Assembly (NCBI RefSeq): GCF_003790525.1
Contig: NZ_CP033635.1
DNA length: 64,000 nucleotides
Reading direction: 5' to 3' (one strand)
DNA from: Escherichia coli
GTDB lineage: Bacteria; Pseudomonadota; Gammaproteobacteria; Enterobacterales; Enterobacteriaceae
The position numbers and the translations under genes are program-made. Shown here piece after piece: positions 12,522 through 22,490 of the stretch; positions within the stretch are counted from its first letter, which is position 1, and each line of letters begins with the position of its first letter. The notes under the pieces were generated by a model. The model searched no databases. It was not told the origin of the DNA and saw only the letters and a list, made by a program, of their open reading frames with translations.

Positions 12522-12535
12522 GTTCGTATACGAAC
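12522..12535. promoter_or_regulatory. Perfect 14-bp palindrome GTTCGTATACGAAC, candidate operator for the adjacent MarR-family regulator
   Basis: Read directly; sits about 18 bp upstream of the ATG at 12553 inside the divergent intergenic region. Confidence 0.4.
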
Positions 12536-12552
12536 AATTTAGAGAGTAAGCA

Positions 12553-13146
12553 ATGAAACTGATCGTCGGGATGACAGGGGCTACCGGTGCGCCTCTTGGG
12601 GTGGCATTACTGCAAGCGCTGCGGGAGATGCCGAATGTCGAGACTCATCTGGTGATGTCGAAGTGGGCGAGAACCACCATTGAACTGGAAACGCCTTACA
12701 GCGCTCGCGATGTTGCTGCCCTCGCAGACTTCAGCCATAACCCGGCGGATCAGGCGGCGACCATCTCCTCAGGTTCCTTTCGTACCGACGGCATGATCGT
12801 TATTCCGTGCAGTATGAAAACGCTCGCCGGTATCCGTGCCGGTTACGCCGATGGCCTGGTGGGGCGCGCGGCGGACGTCGTGCTCAAAGAAGGCCGCAAA
12901 CTGGTGCTGGTGCCGCGTGAAATGCCGCTTAGCACAATCCATCTCGAAAATATGCTCGCACTTTCGCGCATGGGCGTGGCGATGGTGCCGCCGATGCCTG
13001 CCTTTTATAACCATCCCGAAACGGTAGATGACATTGTCCACCACGTGGTAGCCCGCGTGCTGGATCAATTTGGCCTCGAACATCCTCACGCCAGGCGCTG
13101 GCAAGGATTGCCGCAGGCCCGGAATTTTTCTCAGGAGAATGAATAA
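12553..13146 (+). CDS. UbiX/Pad1-family flavin prenyltransferase, B subunit of a non-oxidative hydroxyarylic acid decarboxylase system
   Basis: 197-aa ORF, N-terminus MKLIVGMTGATGA typical of the UbiX/PAD1 flavoprotein fold; translationally coupled (ATAATGG) to the UbiD-like gene; ecdB/kpdB/bsdB-type. Confidence 0.88.
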   Translation: MKLIVGMTGATGAPLGVALLQALREMPNVETHLVMSKWARTTIELETPYSARDVAALADFSHNPADQAATISSGSFRTDGMIVIPCSMKTLAGIRAGYADGLVGRAADVVLKEGRKLVLVPREMPLSTIHLENMLALSRMGVAMVPPMPAFYNHPETVDDIVHHVVARVLDQFGLEHPHARRWQGLPQARNFSQENE

Positions 13147-14573
13147 TGGCATTTGATGATTTACGCAGCTTTTTACAGGCGCTCGACGACCATGGGCAAT
13201 TGCTGAAAATCAGCGAAGAGGTGAACGCAGAACCGGATCTGGCAGCCGCAGCCAACGCCACCGGGCGTATCGGCGACGGCGCGCCCGCGCTGTGGTTTGA
13301 CAATATTCGCGGCTTTACCGATGCCCGCGTGGCGATGAACACCATCGGTTCCTGGCAGAACCACGCGATTTCCCTCGGCCTGCCGCCAAATACCCCGGTT
13401 AAAAAACAGATCGATGAGTTTATCCGCCGCTGGGACAACTTCCCGATAGCCCCGGAACGCCGAGCCAATCCAGCCTGGGCGCAGAACACCGTCGATGGCG
13501 AAAAGATTAACCTGTTCGATATCCTGCCGCTGTTTCGTTTAAACGACGGTGATGGCGGTTTCTATCTCGACAAAGCGTGCGTGGTTTCCCGCGATCCGCT
13601 CGACCCGGATAACTTCGGCAAGCAGAACGTCGGTATCTACCGCATGGAAGTGAAGGGCAAACGTAAGCTCGGCCTGCAACCGGTGCCGATGCACGATATC
13701 GCGCTGCATCTGCATAAAGCGGAAGAGCGCGGTGAAGATCTGCCGATTGCCATCACCCTCGGTAACGATCCGATCATCACCCTGATGGGGGCCACGCCGC
13801 TGAAATATGATCAGTCCGAGTACGAAATGGCGGGCGCGCTGCGCGAAAGTCCGTACCCGATTGCCACCGCCCCACTGACCGGTTTTGATGTACCCTGGGG
13901 CTCGGAAGTGATCCTCGAAGGGGTTATCGAAAGTCGTAAACGTGAAATCGAAGGGCCGTTCGGTGAGTTTACCGGGCACTACTCCGGCGGGCGCAACATG
14001 ACCGTGGTGCGCATCGATAACGTCTCTTATCGCAGCAAACCCATTTTTGAATCGCTCTATCTCGGGATGCCGTGGACGGAAATCGACTACCTGATGGGGC
14101 CAGCCACCTGCGTGCCGCTGTATCAGCAACTGAAAGCCGAGTTCCCGGAAGTGCAGGCGGTAAACGCCATGTACACCCACGGCCTGCTGGCGATTATCTC
14201 CACCAAAAAACGCTACGGTGGCTTTGCCCGCGCGGTGGGCCTCCGTGCGATGACCACGCCACACGGTCTGGGCTATGTGAAGATGGTGATTATGGTCGAT
14301 GAAGACGTTGATCCGTTCAACCTGCCGCAGGTGATGTGGGCGCTCTCTTCGAAAGTGAACCCGGCAGGGGATTTGGTGCAGTTGCCGAATATGTCCGTGC
14401 TGGAACTCGACCCTGGCTCAAGTCCGGCGGGGATCACCGACAAGCTGATTATCGACGCCACCACGCCTGTCGCCCCGGACAACCGTGGTCACTACAGTCA
14501 GCCGGTGGTGGATTTACCGGAAACCAAAGCCTGGGCTGAAAAACTGACCGCTATGCTGGCCGCACGTCAATAA
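13146..14573 (+). CDS. UbiD-family decarboxylase, C subunit of a hydroxyarylic acid decarboxylase
   Basis: 475-aa ORF of UbiD size and sequence character; in operon between UbiX-like and small-subunit genes; ecdC/kpdC/bsdC-type. Confidence 0.88.
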   Translation: MAFDDLRSFLQALDDHGQLLKISEEVNAEPDLAAAANATGRIGDGAPALWFDNIRGFTDARVAMNTIGSWQNHAISLGLPPNTPVKKQIDEFIRRWDNFPIAPERRANPAWAQNTVDGEKINLFDILPLFRLNDGDGGFYLDKACVVSRDPLDPDNFGKQNVGIYRMEVKGKRKLGLQPVPMHDIALHLHKAEERGEDLPIAITLGNDPIITLMGATPLKYDQSEYEMAGALRESPYPIATAPLTGFDVPWGSEVILEGVIESRKREIEGPFGEFTGHYSGGRNMTVVRIDNVSYRSKPIFESLYLGMPWTEIDYLMGPATCVPLYQQLKAEFPEVQAVNAMYTHGLLAIISTKKRYGGFARAVGLRAMTTPHGLGYVKMVIMVDEDVDPFNLPQVMWALSSKVNPAGDLVQLPNMSVLELDPGSSPAGITDKLIIDATTPVAPDNRGHYSQPVVDLPETKAWAEKLTAMLAARQ

Positions 14574-14583
14574 GGAGAACAAG

Positions 14584-14820
14584 ATGATTTGTCCACGTTG
14601 TGCTGATGAACAGATTGAAGTGATGGCGAAATCGCCGGTAAAAGATGTCTGGACGGTCTACCAGTGCCAGCATTGCCTCTATACCTGGCGCGATACCGAA
14701 CCGCTGCGCCGCACCAGCCGCGAACATTATCCCGAAGCGTTCCGCATGACGCAGAAAGATATTGATGACGCGCCGATGGTGCCGAGCATCCCGCCGCTGC
14801 TGGCGGAAGGTAAGTGTTAA
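14584..14820 (+). CDS. Small zinc-ribbon subunit (D) of the hydroxyarylic acid decarboxylase
   Basis: 78-aa ORF with CPRC...CQHC motif, 10 nt after the UbiD-like gene. Confidence 0.8.
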   Translation: MICPRCADEQIEVMAKSPVKDVWTVYQCQHCLYTWRDTEPLRRTSREHYPEAFRMTQKDIDDAPMVPSIPPLLAEGKC

Positions 14821-14821
14821 T

Positions 14822-14857
14822 AAAAAAGTGCCGGGTAGAGGCTTTGCTTTACCCGGC
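14822..14857. terminator. Bidirectional hairpin terminator between the convergent decarboxylase operon and pphB
   Basis: Hairpin GCCGGGTAGAGGCTTTGCTTTACCCGGC flanked by A-run on the + side (T-run on the - strand) and T-rich sequence on the other side. Confidence 0.6.
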
Positions 14858-14861
14858 CACG

Positions 14862-15518
14862 TTATTTAATTTTATAAAACGATAACCGTCTGCTTTCCGG
14901 CGAGCCGGTATCAATATAAACCTGATTGGCAAATGTCTGGATGTTATCAAACATCATATGTCCAAAGATAAAACAGTCGGCACCGTTTATTTCTTTTAAC
15001 TCTCCCTTGAATGATTTCTGCACGCGATCAACAGGCCAGAGTAATTCGCTTTCTGCTATTTCTTTACCAAACTGATATTCATCACCCGGATAATCCGCAT
15101 GTGCGATGACATATTTTATTCTGTCGTTAGTGATTTCAATAATATGTGGAAGATTATGAAAACGTAGCAACAGGTCTATTGCTTCTTTTTGTTCCGTATC
15201 ACTTAACTCAAAGAACCAGTCGCCACCGCTGGCAAGCCACATATTGCCATCGCCGGTCGCGAACGCATCCAACGCCATCGCTTCATGGTTGCCTTTAACC
15301 GATGTAAACCAGGGCTGGTTTAACAGGCGCAGCACGTTAAGACTCTCCGGCCCACGATCGATGTTATCGCCTACCGAAATAAGTAAGTCGGTTTCAGGGC
15401 AAAAAGAGAGTTGATGTAAGCGGGATTGTAATAATTGATAGTCACCATGAATATCACCAACGGCCCATATATGGCGATAGTGATGGACATTGATTTTTTG
15501 ATAGCGTGTAGATGGCAT
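14862..15518 (-). CDS. pphB: Serine/threonine protein phosphatase 2
   Basis: 218-aa ORF with metallophosphatase motifs GDIHGD, GDNIDRG, GNHE; recognised PphB. Confidence 0.92.
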   Translation of the reverse strand: MPSTRYQKINVHHYRHIWAVGDIHGDYQLLQSRLHQLSFCPETDLLISVGDNIDRGPESLNVLRLLNQPWFTSVKGNHEAMALDAFATGDGNMWLASGGDWFFELSDTEQKEAIDLLLRFHNLPHIIEITNDRIKYVIAHADYPGDEYQFGKEIAESELLWPVDRVQKSFKGELKEINGADCFIFGHMMFDNIQTFANQVYIDTGSPESRRLSFYKIK

Positions 15519-15623
15519 GGTTTTACCCTGTAAAATAAGATTTCCTATTATACAGGGTATTTTTATTTGATTCGTCAGTTGTCGTTAATATTCCCGATAG
15601 CAAAAGACTATCGGGAATTGTTA

Positions 15624-18185
15624 TTACACCAGACTCTTCAAGCGATAAATCCACTCCAGCGCCTGACGCGGAGTGAGTGAATCTGGGTCCAGGTTTTCCA
15701 GTGCCTCGACCGCAGGCGAAGTTTCTTCCGGTACGGATAGCAAAGACATTTGTGTACCATCCACTTGCGTAGCAGCGGCGTTCGGCGAAATGCTTTCCAG
15801 CTCACGCAGTTTTTGCCGTGCGCGCTTAATAACCTCTTTTGGCACGCCTGCCAGCGCTGCAACCGCCAGGCCGTAGCTTTTGCTTGCCGCGCCATCCTGC
15901 ACGCTATGCATAAAGGCAATGGTGTCGCCGTGCTCCAGCGCATCGAGATGCACGTTGGCGACGCCTTCCATTTTCTCCGGCAGTTGGGTCAGCTCGAAAT
16001 AGTGGGTAGCAAACAGCGTCAACGCTTTGATCTTATTTGCCAGATTTTCCGCGCATGCCCACGCCAGCGACAGACCATCGTAAGTGGACGTTCCACGCCC
16101 AATCTCGTCCATCAACACCAGACTGTATTCGGTGGCGTTATGTAAAATATTGGCGGTTTCGGTCATCTCCACCATAAAGGTTGAACGTCCGGAAGCCAGA
16201 TCATCCGCGGCACCTACGCGGGTAAAGATGCGATCGATCGGGCCAATCTCGACTTTTTGCGCCGGTACGTAGCTGCCGATATAGGCCATCAGCGCAATCA
16301 ACGCGGTCTGGCGCATATAGGTACTTTTACCGCCCATGTTCGGACCGGTGATGATCAACATGCGGCGCTGCGGCGACAGGTTCAGCGGGTTGGCGATAAA
16401 CGGCTCATTCAGTACCTGTTCAACCACCGGATGGCGGCCTTCGGTAATGCGAATGCCAGGTTTATCAATAAAGGTCGGGCAGGTGTAGTTCAGGGTATAG
16501 GCCCGTTCCGCCAGGTTCACCAGCACGTCGAGTTCCGCCAGCGCGCTCGCGCTCTGTTGCAACGCTTCCAGATGCGGCAACAGCAAGTCGAACAGCTCTT
16601 CATAAAGTTGTTTTTCCAGAGCCAGTGCTTTGCCTTTTGAGGTGAGAACTTTATCTTCGTACTCTTTCAGCTCCGGAATAATGTAACGCTCGGCGTTTTT
16701 CAGCGTCTGGCGGCGCATGTAGTTAATCGGTGCCAGATGGCTTTGCCCACGGCTGATCTGAATGTAGTAGCCGTGCACTGCATTAAAGCCAACTTTCAGC
16801 GTGTCCAGGCCGGTACGTTCACGCTCGCGGACCTCCAGACGCTCCAGATAATCGGTCGCGCCGTCAGCCAGCGCGCGCCACTCATCCAGCTCTTCGTTAT
16901 AGCCCGGTGCGATAACACCACCGTCGCGTACCAGCACTGGCGGTGTGTCGATGATTGCTCGCTCCAGCAGATCGCGCAGCTCGGCAAACTCGCCCATTTT
17001 TTCACGCAGCGCCTGTACCGGAGCGCTATCGACATTTTCTAATAGTGCACGCAGCTCCGGCAGTTGCTGGAAAGCGTGACGCATACGGGCCAGATCGCGT
17101 GGGCGAGCAGTTCGTAAAGCCAGACGTGCCAGAATACGTTCCAGGTCGCCGACCTGACGCAGTACCGGCTGCAGCTCGGCGGTGAAATCCTGCAATGCGC
17201 CAATAGTTTGCTGGCGCTCAAGCAACACGCGGGTATCGCGCACTGGCATATGCAGCCAGCGTTTCAGCATACGGCTGCCCATCGGCGTGACGGTGCAGTC
17301 GAGCACAGAAGCCAGCGTATTTTCCGCACCACCCGCCAGATTCTGGGTGATTTCCAGATTACGACGCGTCGCGGCATCCATAATGATGCTGTCCTGCTCA
17401 CGTTCCATGGTGATAGAACGAATATGCGGCAGGGTCGTGCGTTGGGTATCTTTCGCATACTGCAACAGACAACCGGCAGCACAAAGTCCGCGCGGCGCGT
17501 TCTCGACGCCAAAACCGACCAGATCGCGAGTGCCAAATTGCAGATTCAACTGCTGGCGCGCGGTGTCGATTTCAAACTCCCACAGCGGGCGACGGCGCAG
17601 TCCGCGACGACCTTCAATCAGCGACATCTCGGCGAAATCTTCTGCATACAACAGCTCTGCCGGATTAGTGCGTTGCAGCTCTGCCGCCATCGTTTCGCGG
17701 TCAGCCGGTTCGCTCAGGCGAAAACGCCCGGAACTGATATCCAGCGTCGCGTAGCCGAAACCTTTGCTGTCCTGCCAGATAGCCGCCAGCAGGTTATCCT
17801 GACGCTCCTGCAACAGCGCTTCATCGCTGATGGTGCCCGGCGTAACGATACGCACAACTTTGCGCTCAACCGGACCTTTGCTGGTCGCCGGATCGCCAAT
17901 TTGTTCGCAGATGGCAACGGACTCGCCCTGATTCACCAGTTTGGCGAGGTAGTTTTCCACCGCATGGTAGGGGATCCCCGCCATCGGGATCGGCTCTCCC
18001 GCTGAAGCACCGCGTTTGGTCAGTGAAATATCCAGCAGTTGCGAGGCGCGTTTTGCATCGTCATAAAATAGTTCATAAAAATCACCCATCCGGTAAAACA
18101 GCAGGATCTCGGGATGCTGGGCTTTCAGCTTGAGATATTGCTGCATCATGGGCGTATGGGCATCGAAATTTTCTATTGCACTCAT
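15624..18185 (-). CDS. mutS: DNA mismatch repair protein MutS
   Basis: 853-aa ORF, N-terminus [18 protein letters not shown], Walker [10 protein letters not shown]; recognised MutS. Confidence 0.97.
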   Translation of the reverse strand: MSAIENFDAHTPMMQQYLKLKAQHPEILLFYRMGDFYELFYDDAKRASQLLDISLTKRGASAGEPIPMAGIPYHAVENYLAKLVNQGESVAICEQIGDPATSKGPVERKVVRIVTPGTISDEALLQERQDNLLAAIWQDSKGFGYATLDISSGRFRLSEPADRETMAAELQRTNPAELLYAEDFAEMSLIEGRRGLRRRPLWEFEIDTARQQLNLQFGTRDLVGFGVENAPRGLCAAGCLLQYAKDTQRTTLPHIRSITMEREQDSIIMDAATRRNLEITQNLAGGAENTLASVLDCTVTPMGSRMLKRWLHMPVRDTRVLLERQQTIGALQDFTAELQPVLRQVGDLERILARLALRTARPRDLARMRHAFQQLPELRALLENVDSAPVQALREKMGEFAELRDLLERAIIDTPPVLVRDGGVIAPGYNEELDEWRALADGATDYLERLEVRERERTGLDTLKVGFNAVHGYYIQISRGQSHLAPINYMRRQTLKNAERYIIPELKEYEDKVLTSKGKALALEKQLYEELFDLLLPHLEALQQSASALAELDVLVNLAERAYTLNYTCPTFIDKPGIRITEGRHPVVEQVLNEPFIANPLNLSPQRRMLIITGPNMGGKSTYMRQTALIALMAYIGSYVPAQKVEIGPIDRIFTRVGAADDLASGRSTFMVEMTETANILHNATEYSLVLMDEIGRGTSTYDGLSLAWACAENLANKIKALTLFATHYFELTQLPEKMEGVANVHLDALEHGDTIAFMHSVQDGAASKSYGLAVAALAGVPKEVIKRARQKLRELESISPNAAATQVDGTQMSLLSVPEETSPAVEALENLDPDSLTPRQALEWIYRLKSLV

Positions 18186-18431
18186 GGGGTTATGTCCGGT
18201 TCCCTGATATTAAATGGGGTGTGATGGTTTTTATTTTCGTTGTAATCACATAAGGCGCACATGATACCGGAGTTAATCATTTCAGGGGAAGAAGCGAACG
18301 GCGAGTTCTTGATGGTGATTCCGGGAAAGATGCTGTTTTGCAGCTTTTGCGTGATGCTTATGAAGCAAGTACGCAAAATTGCGTCGGTTGAATAAACCTC
18401 CTCCTTCAGAGCCATAGTCCCCTTTCAAATT

Positions 18432-18454
18432 AAGTTGTAATATAAATACACCTT
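18432..18454. promoter_or_regulatory. Imperfect 11-1-11 inverted repeat AAGTTGTAATATAAATACACCTT, putative NsrR operator upstream of ygbA
   Basis: Half-sites match in 8 of 11 positions; located 18 bp upstream of the ygbA ATG; ygbA is a known NsrR regulon member. Confidence 0.45.
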
Positions 18455-18471
18455 AAGAGTATGGAGGCAGC

Positions 18472-18816
18472 ATGTCCGGCAAGCGTATCTCTCGTGAAAA
18501 ACTGACGATTAAAAAAATGATCGATCTTTATCAAGCGAAATGCCCGCAGGCGTCAGCGGAGCCGGAGCATTACGACGCGCTGTTTGCCTACGCGCAAAAG
18601 CGGCTGGATAAATGTGTGTTCGGCGAAGAGAAACCAGCCTGTAAGCAGTGTCCGGTGCACTGTTACCAGCCAGCAAAGCGTGAAGAGATGAAACAGATTA
18701 TGCGTTGGGCCGGGCCGCGAATGCTGTGGCGTCATCCGATCTTAACCGTGCGTCATCTCATCGATGACAAGCGTCCGGTGCCGGAGTTGCCAGAAAAATA
18801 TCGTCCAAAGAAATAA
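18472..18816 (+). CDS. ygbA: Uncharacterised protein YgbA (nitrosative-stress regulon)
   Basis: 114-aa cysteine-rich ORF, divergent from mutS as in E. coli. Confidence 0.85.
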   Translation: MSGKRISREKLTIKKMIDLYQAKCPQASAEPEHYDALFAYAQKRLDKCVFGEEKPACKQCPVHCYQPAKREEMKQIMRWAGPRMLWRHPILTVRHLIDDKRPVPELPEKYRPKK

Positions 18817-18854
18817 ATCTGCCGGAGAGCCATACTCTCCGGCAAATAAGGCGT

Positions 18855-19283
18855 TTACGCTTTGGTGGCAATCAGGATGGCTGATGCTTTGATCAATGCA
18901 ATAACGCGCGAGCCAGTGGTGAGTTTCATTTCATCCTGACTTTCATTTGTTACCACTGCCACAATTTCAAAACCCGCATCCGTTTTGATATGGACAGTGG
19001 CGTTCACTGCGCCTTCGGTGATTGTCGACACGCTGCCAGCAAACTGGTTGCGAGCAGAGAATTTCAGTCCACAGTCTTCCGTTGCCAGTGTTACCCACGG
19101 GGCTTTAATCAGGGCAATCGCTTCTTTCCCTTTTGCCAGACCAAGAGCCTGCTGGCTGCTGTGTGTAACAATTGCCACCAGCTTTGCACCACCTGCCAGC
19201 GTCAGTTCTACTTCATCATTCACAGCGCCCATTGCTACTGCGCTAACTGTTCCGGTTAATTGATTTCTTGCTGAAACTGCCAT
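18855..19283 (-). CDS. Tandem Mop/TOBE-domain (di-Mop) molybdate-binding protein
   Basis: Two internal ~65-aa repeats each beginning SARNQ.. and ending ..ALIKA; likely start ATG at 19283 preceded by AAGGAGG; longest ORF extends to 19322, 5 nt after the fhlA stop. Confidence 0.8.
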   Translation of the reverse strand: MAVSARNQLTGTVSAVAMGAVNDEVELTLAGGAKLVAIVTHSSQQALGLAKGKEAIALIKAPWVTLATEDCGLKFSARNQFAGSVSTITEGAVNATVHIKTDAGFEIVAVVTNESQDEMKLTTGSRVIALIKASAILIATKA

Positions 19284-19327
19284 ACTGCCTCCTTTCATTG
19301 AATGTTGATCGAGTATAACCACATCTG

Positions 19328-21406
19328 TTAAATCAATGCCGATTTATCAATTCCCAGTCGCTTCATCCGTGACAGCAGAGTCGTGCGTTTCAGCCCCAGA
19401 CGTTGCGCAGCGCCTTTAGGCCCGGCAACCACGCCGTTTGTTTCTTTCAGCACGCGAACAATCAACTGATATTCATCTTCGCCCTCCTGGGCGACAACCG
19501 TTGCGGCAGGCGGCGTTTCAGGTTCTGGTAAAGCAATATCTGGCAATGACAGCTGCAGCACGTTGCCGCGTGTTAGCAATACCGCGCGCTCGATGACGTT
19601 TTCCAGCTCACGCACGTTGCCCGGCCATTCCATGTTGCTCAGGATGCGCAGCGTCTCGGCAGGAATGCTGTCGATATTGCGCCCCAGACGACGGGCAATT
19701 TTGAAGGTAAAGGCTTTCGCCAGCAGCGGAATATCTTCCGGACGCTCGCGTAGTGGCGGCAGGTGGATCGGGAATACGTTCAGGCGGTAATAGAGATCAC
19801 TACGGAACTCTCGGTCGGCGACCATTTTTTTCAGATCGCGGTTAGTCGCGGCAATTAAACGTACGTCCGTCTGAATGATTTTGTTGCTGCCGAGGCGTTC
19901 AAACTCCTGTTCCTGTAATACACGCAGCAACTTCGGCTGTAACTCCAGCGGCATATCGCCCACTTCGTCGAGGAACAGGGAGCTTTTATCCGCCAGTTCA
20001 AAACGACCAATGCGCTGGGCGCTGGCACCGGTAAAAGCCCCACGCTCATGACCAAACAGATCGCTCTCCAGCAATCCGGCAGGCATCGCCGCGCAGTTCA
20101 TTTTTACCATGCGGCGATTATTACGCCCACTGAGATTATGGATAGCACGGGCAATCAGCTCTTTACCCGTGCCAGTTTCACCGAGGATCAGCACGGTACT
20201 GTCACTTTGCGCCACCATTTCAACTTGTTTAAGCACGCTGTACATGGCTTCGCTGCGGCCAATAATCTCGCCAAATTCACTATCAACATTGTTGAGCTGC
20301 TCGGTCAGGGCGAGGTTTTCATCAACCAGCCGTTCTTTCAGACGATGGATTTCCTGATAGGCGAGGGCGTTATCGACAGCGATTGCCACACGTTCGGCAA
20401 TCTGGCGCAGTAAATTCAGATTGGTAGTGGTAAACACTTTCTCTTCGCATTGCGCCAGTTTCAGCACGCCCAGCATGGTGTCGCCAGACATCAGCGGTAA
20501 CAGGCACAAGGTTTGAATCTGGTTGCCCCAGGTGTCGAACAACATGCGTTCATAGGGGGCTAAATCGTCCCGCTCGTGGAGATTAATCAACAGCATCTCT
20601 TTACTTTTGAAGACGCGTTCGGTGAGGGTTCCGGCTTCATCGACTTCGCTCTGTTCGTGGGCGGGATGCTGTTTATCAAGATAGTGAGTGGAGTAGATGT
20701 TGAGTTTGTTTTTACGGTGGCTGCGTAAGACGATGCTGATATCGTCAATGTCGAAGTAGTAATGGATTTCTTTGGCGACTTCGCTGACCAGTTCGTCCAT
20801 ATCCAGGCGGGAAAGCACCGCGTTGGTAATGGCAACCAGGATGCGGAAGTTATCGCGCTCCCGGCATAACAACTCATAGTCGACATTGTTAACGACGCGG
20901 CTCTGGATTTGTTCGGTGACGACCGAAACGATCTGCGTAAATGTTTGCAGACGATTGAACTCTTTTTCGCTCCAGGGGCGATCGTCATAACGAATAAATT
21001 CACAGCCACCAAAAATATGCCCTTCCGCCGCCAGTGGCATCAGGCAATAGTGACCAAATTTGGGGTATAGTCCACCTGCGGCCAGCTGCGGCCAGGTTTC
21101 ACAAAATTCTTCGTAACTGCAATGCAGCGTATCAGGGCGCGACAAAATGCTGCGTACCGGACCGTGTGCCAGAACAGTTTCGTCTTCATATTTAATGGGG
21201 GTGTCTTTTTCACGCGACGCGTAATAAGACGCACGTTGAGTCTGCGCTTGCCACAACACAATAGCCGCGTTGTCGGCGAGCGCAGAACGCTTTACCAGTT
21301 GCGAAAGAGCCTCACACAGCGAGGCCAGATCGGGCTGCTGCAATAGTGTCCGAGTGATGTCGAACAACCCTTGTTGTCCGAGATCACTCATCGGTGTATA
21401 TGACAT
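19328..21406 (-). CDS. fhlA: Formate hydrogenlyase transcriptional activator (sigma-54 enhancer-binding protein)
   Basis: Start trimmed to MSYTPMSDLGQQ (692 aa); AAA+ sigma-54 activator motifs [15 protein letters not shown]-terminal HTH. Confidence 0.95.
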   Translation of the reverse strand: MSYTPMSDLGQQGLFDITRTLLQQPDLASLCEALSQLVKRSALADNAAIVLWQAQTQRASYYASREKDTPIKYEDETVLAHGPVRSILSRPDTLHCSYEEFCETWPQLAAGGLYPKFGHYCLMPLAAEGHIFGGCEFIRYDDRPWSEKEFNRLQTFTQIVSVVTEQIQSRVVNNVDYELLCRERDNFRILVAITNAVLSRLDMDELVSEVAKEIHYYFDIDDISIVLRSHRKNKLNIYSTHYLDKQHPAHEQSEVDEAGTLTERVFKSKEMLLINLHERDDLAPYERMLFDTWGNQIQTLCLLPLMSGDTMLGVLKLAQCEEKVFTTTNLNLLRQIAERVAIAVDNALAYQEIHRLKERLVDENLALTEQLNNVDSEFGEIIGRSEAMYSVLKQVEMVAQSDSTVLILGETGTGKELIARAIHNLSGRNNRRMVKMNCAAMPAGLLESDLFGHERGAFTGASAQRIGRFELADKSSLFLDEVGDMPLELQPKLLRVLQEQEFERLGSNKIIQTDVRLIAATNRDLKKMVADREFRSDLYYRLNVFPIHLPPLRERPEDIPLLAKAFTFKIARRLGRNIDSIPAETLRILSNMEWPGNVRELENVIERAVLLTRGNVLQLSLPDIALPEPETPPAATVVAQEGEDEYQLIVRVLKETNGVVAGPKGAAQRLGLKRTTLLSRMKRLGIDKSALI

Positions 21407-21479
21407 TTTGTTCTTCCAGGAAAGCACCGCAAAGCGGTGCAAAAGGTCATTGACTAACTATAGGAGATTTAGAATTTTA

Positions 21480-22490
21480 TTAGCATATACGCGGAAGCGG
21501 TTCGGCGTGTGGTAAATCGAGGGTTCGTTTCACGCCATACAGACCGGCAAGACGAACACCTTTACGTTCCACCACTTCACCAATCAGCGCCGCGTCTTTC
21601 CCCAGTGGATGGGAATGTAACGCTGCCAGCACTTGCTCTGCCGCGTTGCGTTCAACGGCGATCACCAGTTTGCCTTCGTTGGCAAAGTTAAGGGCGTCCA
21701 GTCCCAGCAGCTCGCAAACGCCACGCACAGCAGGTTTAACCGGCAGTGCCGCTTCTGAAAGTTCAATACCACAACCGCAGGCTGCCGCGAACTCATGTAC
21801 CACCGCGTTTACACCACCACGGGTGGCATCACGCAGCGCTTTCACGCCGGGAATGTCACGCAGCGTCTGAATAAGCGGCGTTAGTACCGCACAGTCGCTG
21901 ACCAGTTCGCCATCCAGCCCCAGCTGCTCACGCAGGTTAAGGATAGTCGCCCCGTGGTCGCCGAGAGTTCCACTCACCAGCAGAACATCGCCTGCGGTTA
22001 GCGTTTGTGCGCCCCAGTGAATATTCGCCGGAATTGCGCCCATGCCAGCGGTGTTGATAAACAGTTTATCTGCCGCGCCGCGCTGCACCACTTTAGTGTC
22101 GCCAGTAACGATGGCAATGCCTGCCGCGCGGGCGGTTTCTGCCATGCTGGTCACTACGGCTTTCAGTGTCTCCATCGGCAATCCTTCTTCGAGGATAAAG
22201 CCACAGGAGAGATAGCGCGGAATAGCGCCACTGACCGCAACGTCATTCGCGGTGCCGCAAATCGCCAGCTTGCCGATATTACCGCCAGGGAAGAACAGCG
22301 GGTCAATAACGTAACTGTCGGTGGAGAACGCCAGACGGTCGCCTTCCGCTACCAGCTGCGCCAGATCAAGACGTGCCTGATCTTCCTGCTCTGCCAGCCA
22401 CGGGTTGGCAAAGGCTTCCATAAACAGGCTGTTGATTAATTGCTGCATCGCCTGGCCGCCGCTACCGTGGGCGAGTTGGATATTATTCAC
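21480..22490 (-). CDS. hypE: Hydrogenase maturation protein HypE
   Basis: 336-aa ORF, N-terminus MNNIQLAHGSGG; recognised HypE. Confidence 0.95.
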   Translation of the reverse strand: MNNIQLAHGSGGQAMQQLINSLFMEAFANPWLAEQEDQARLDLAQLVAEGDRLAFSTDSYVIDPLFFPGGNIGKLAICGTANDVAVSGAIPRYLSCGFILEEGLPMETLKAVVTSMAETARAAGIAIVTGDTKVVQRGAADKLFINTAGMGAIPANIHWGAQTLTAGDVLLVSGTLGDHGATILNLREQLGLDGELVSDCAVLTPLIQTLRDIPGVKALRDATRGGVNAVVHEFAAACGCGIELSEAALPVKPAVRGVCELLGLDALNFANEGKLVIAVERNAAEQVLAALHSHPLGKDAALIGEVVERKGVRLAGLYGVKRTLDLPHAEPLPRIC

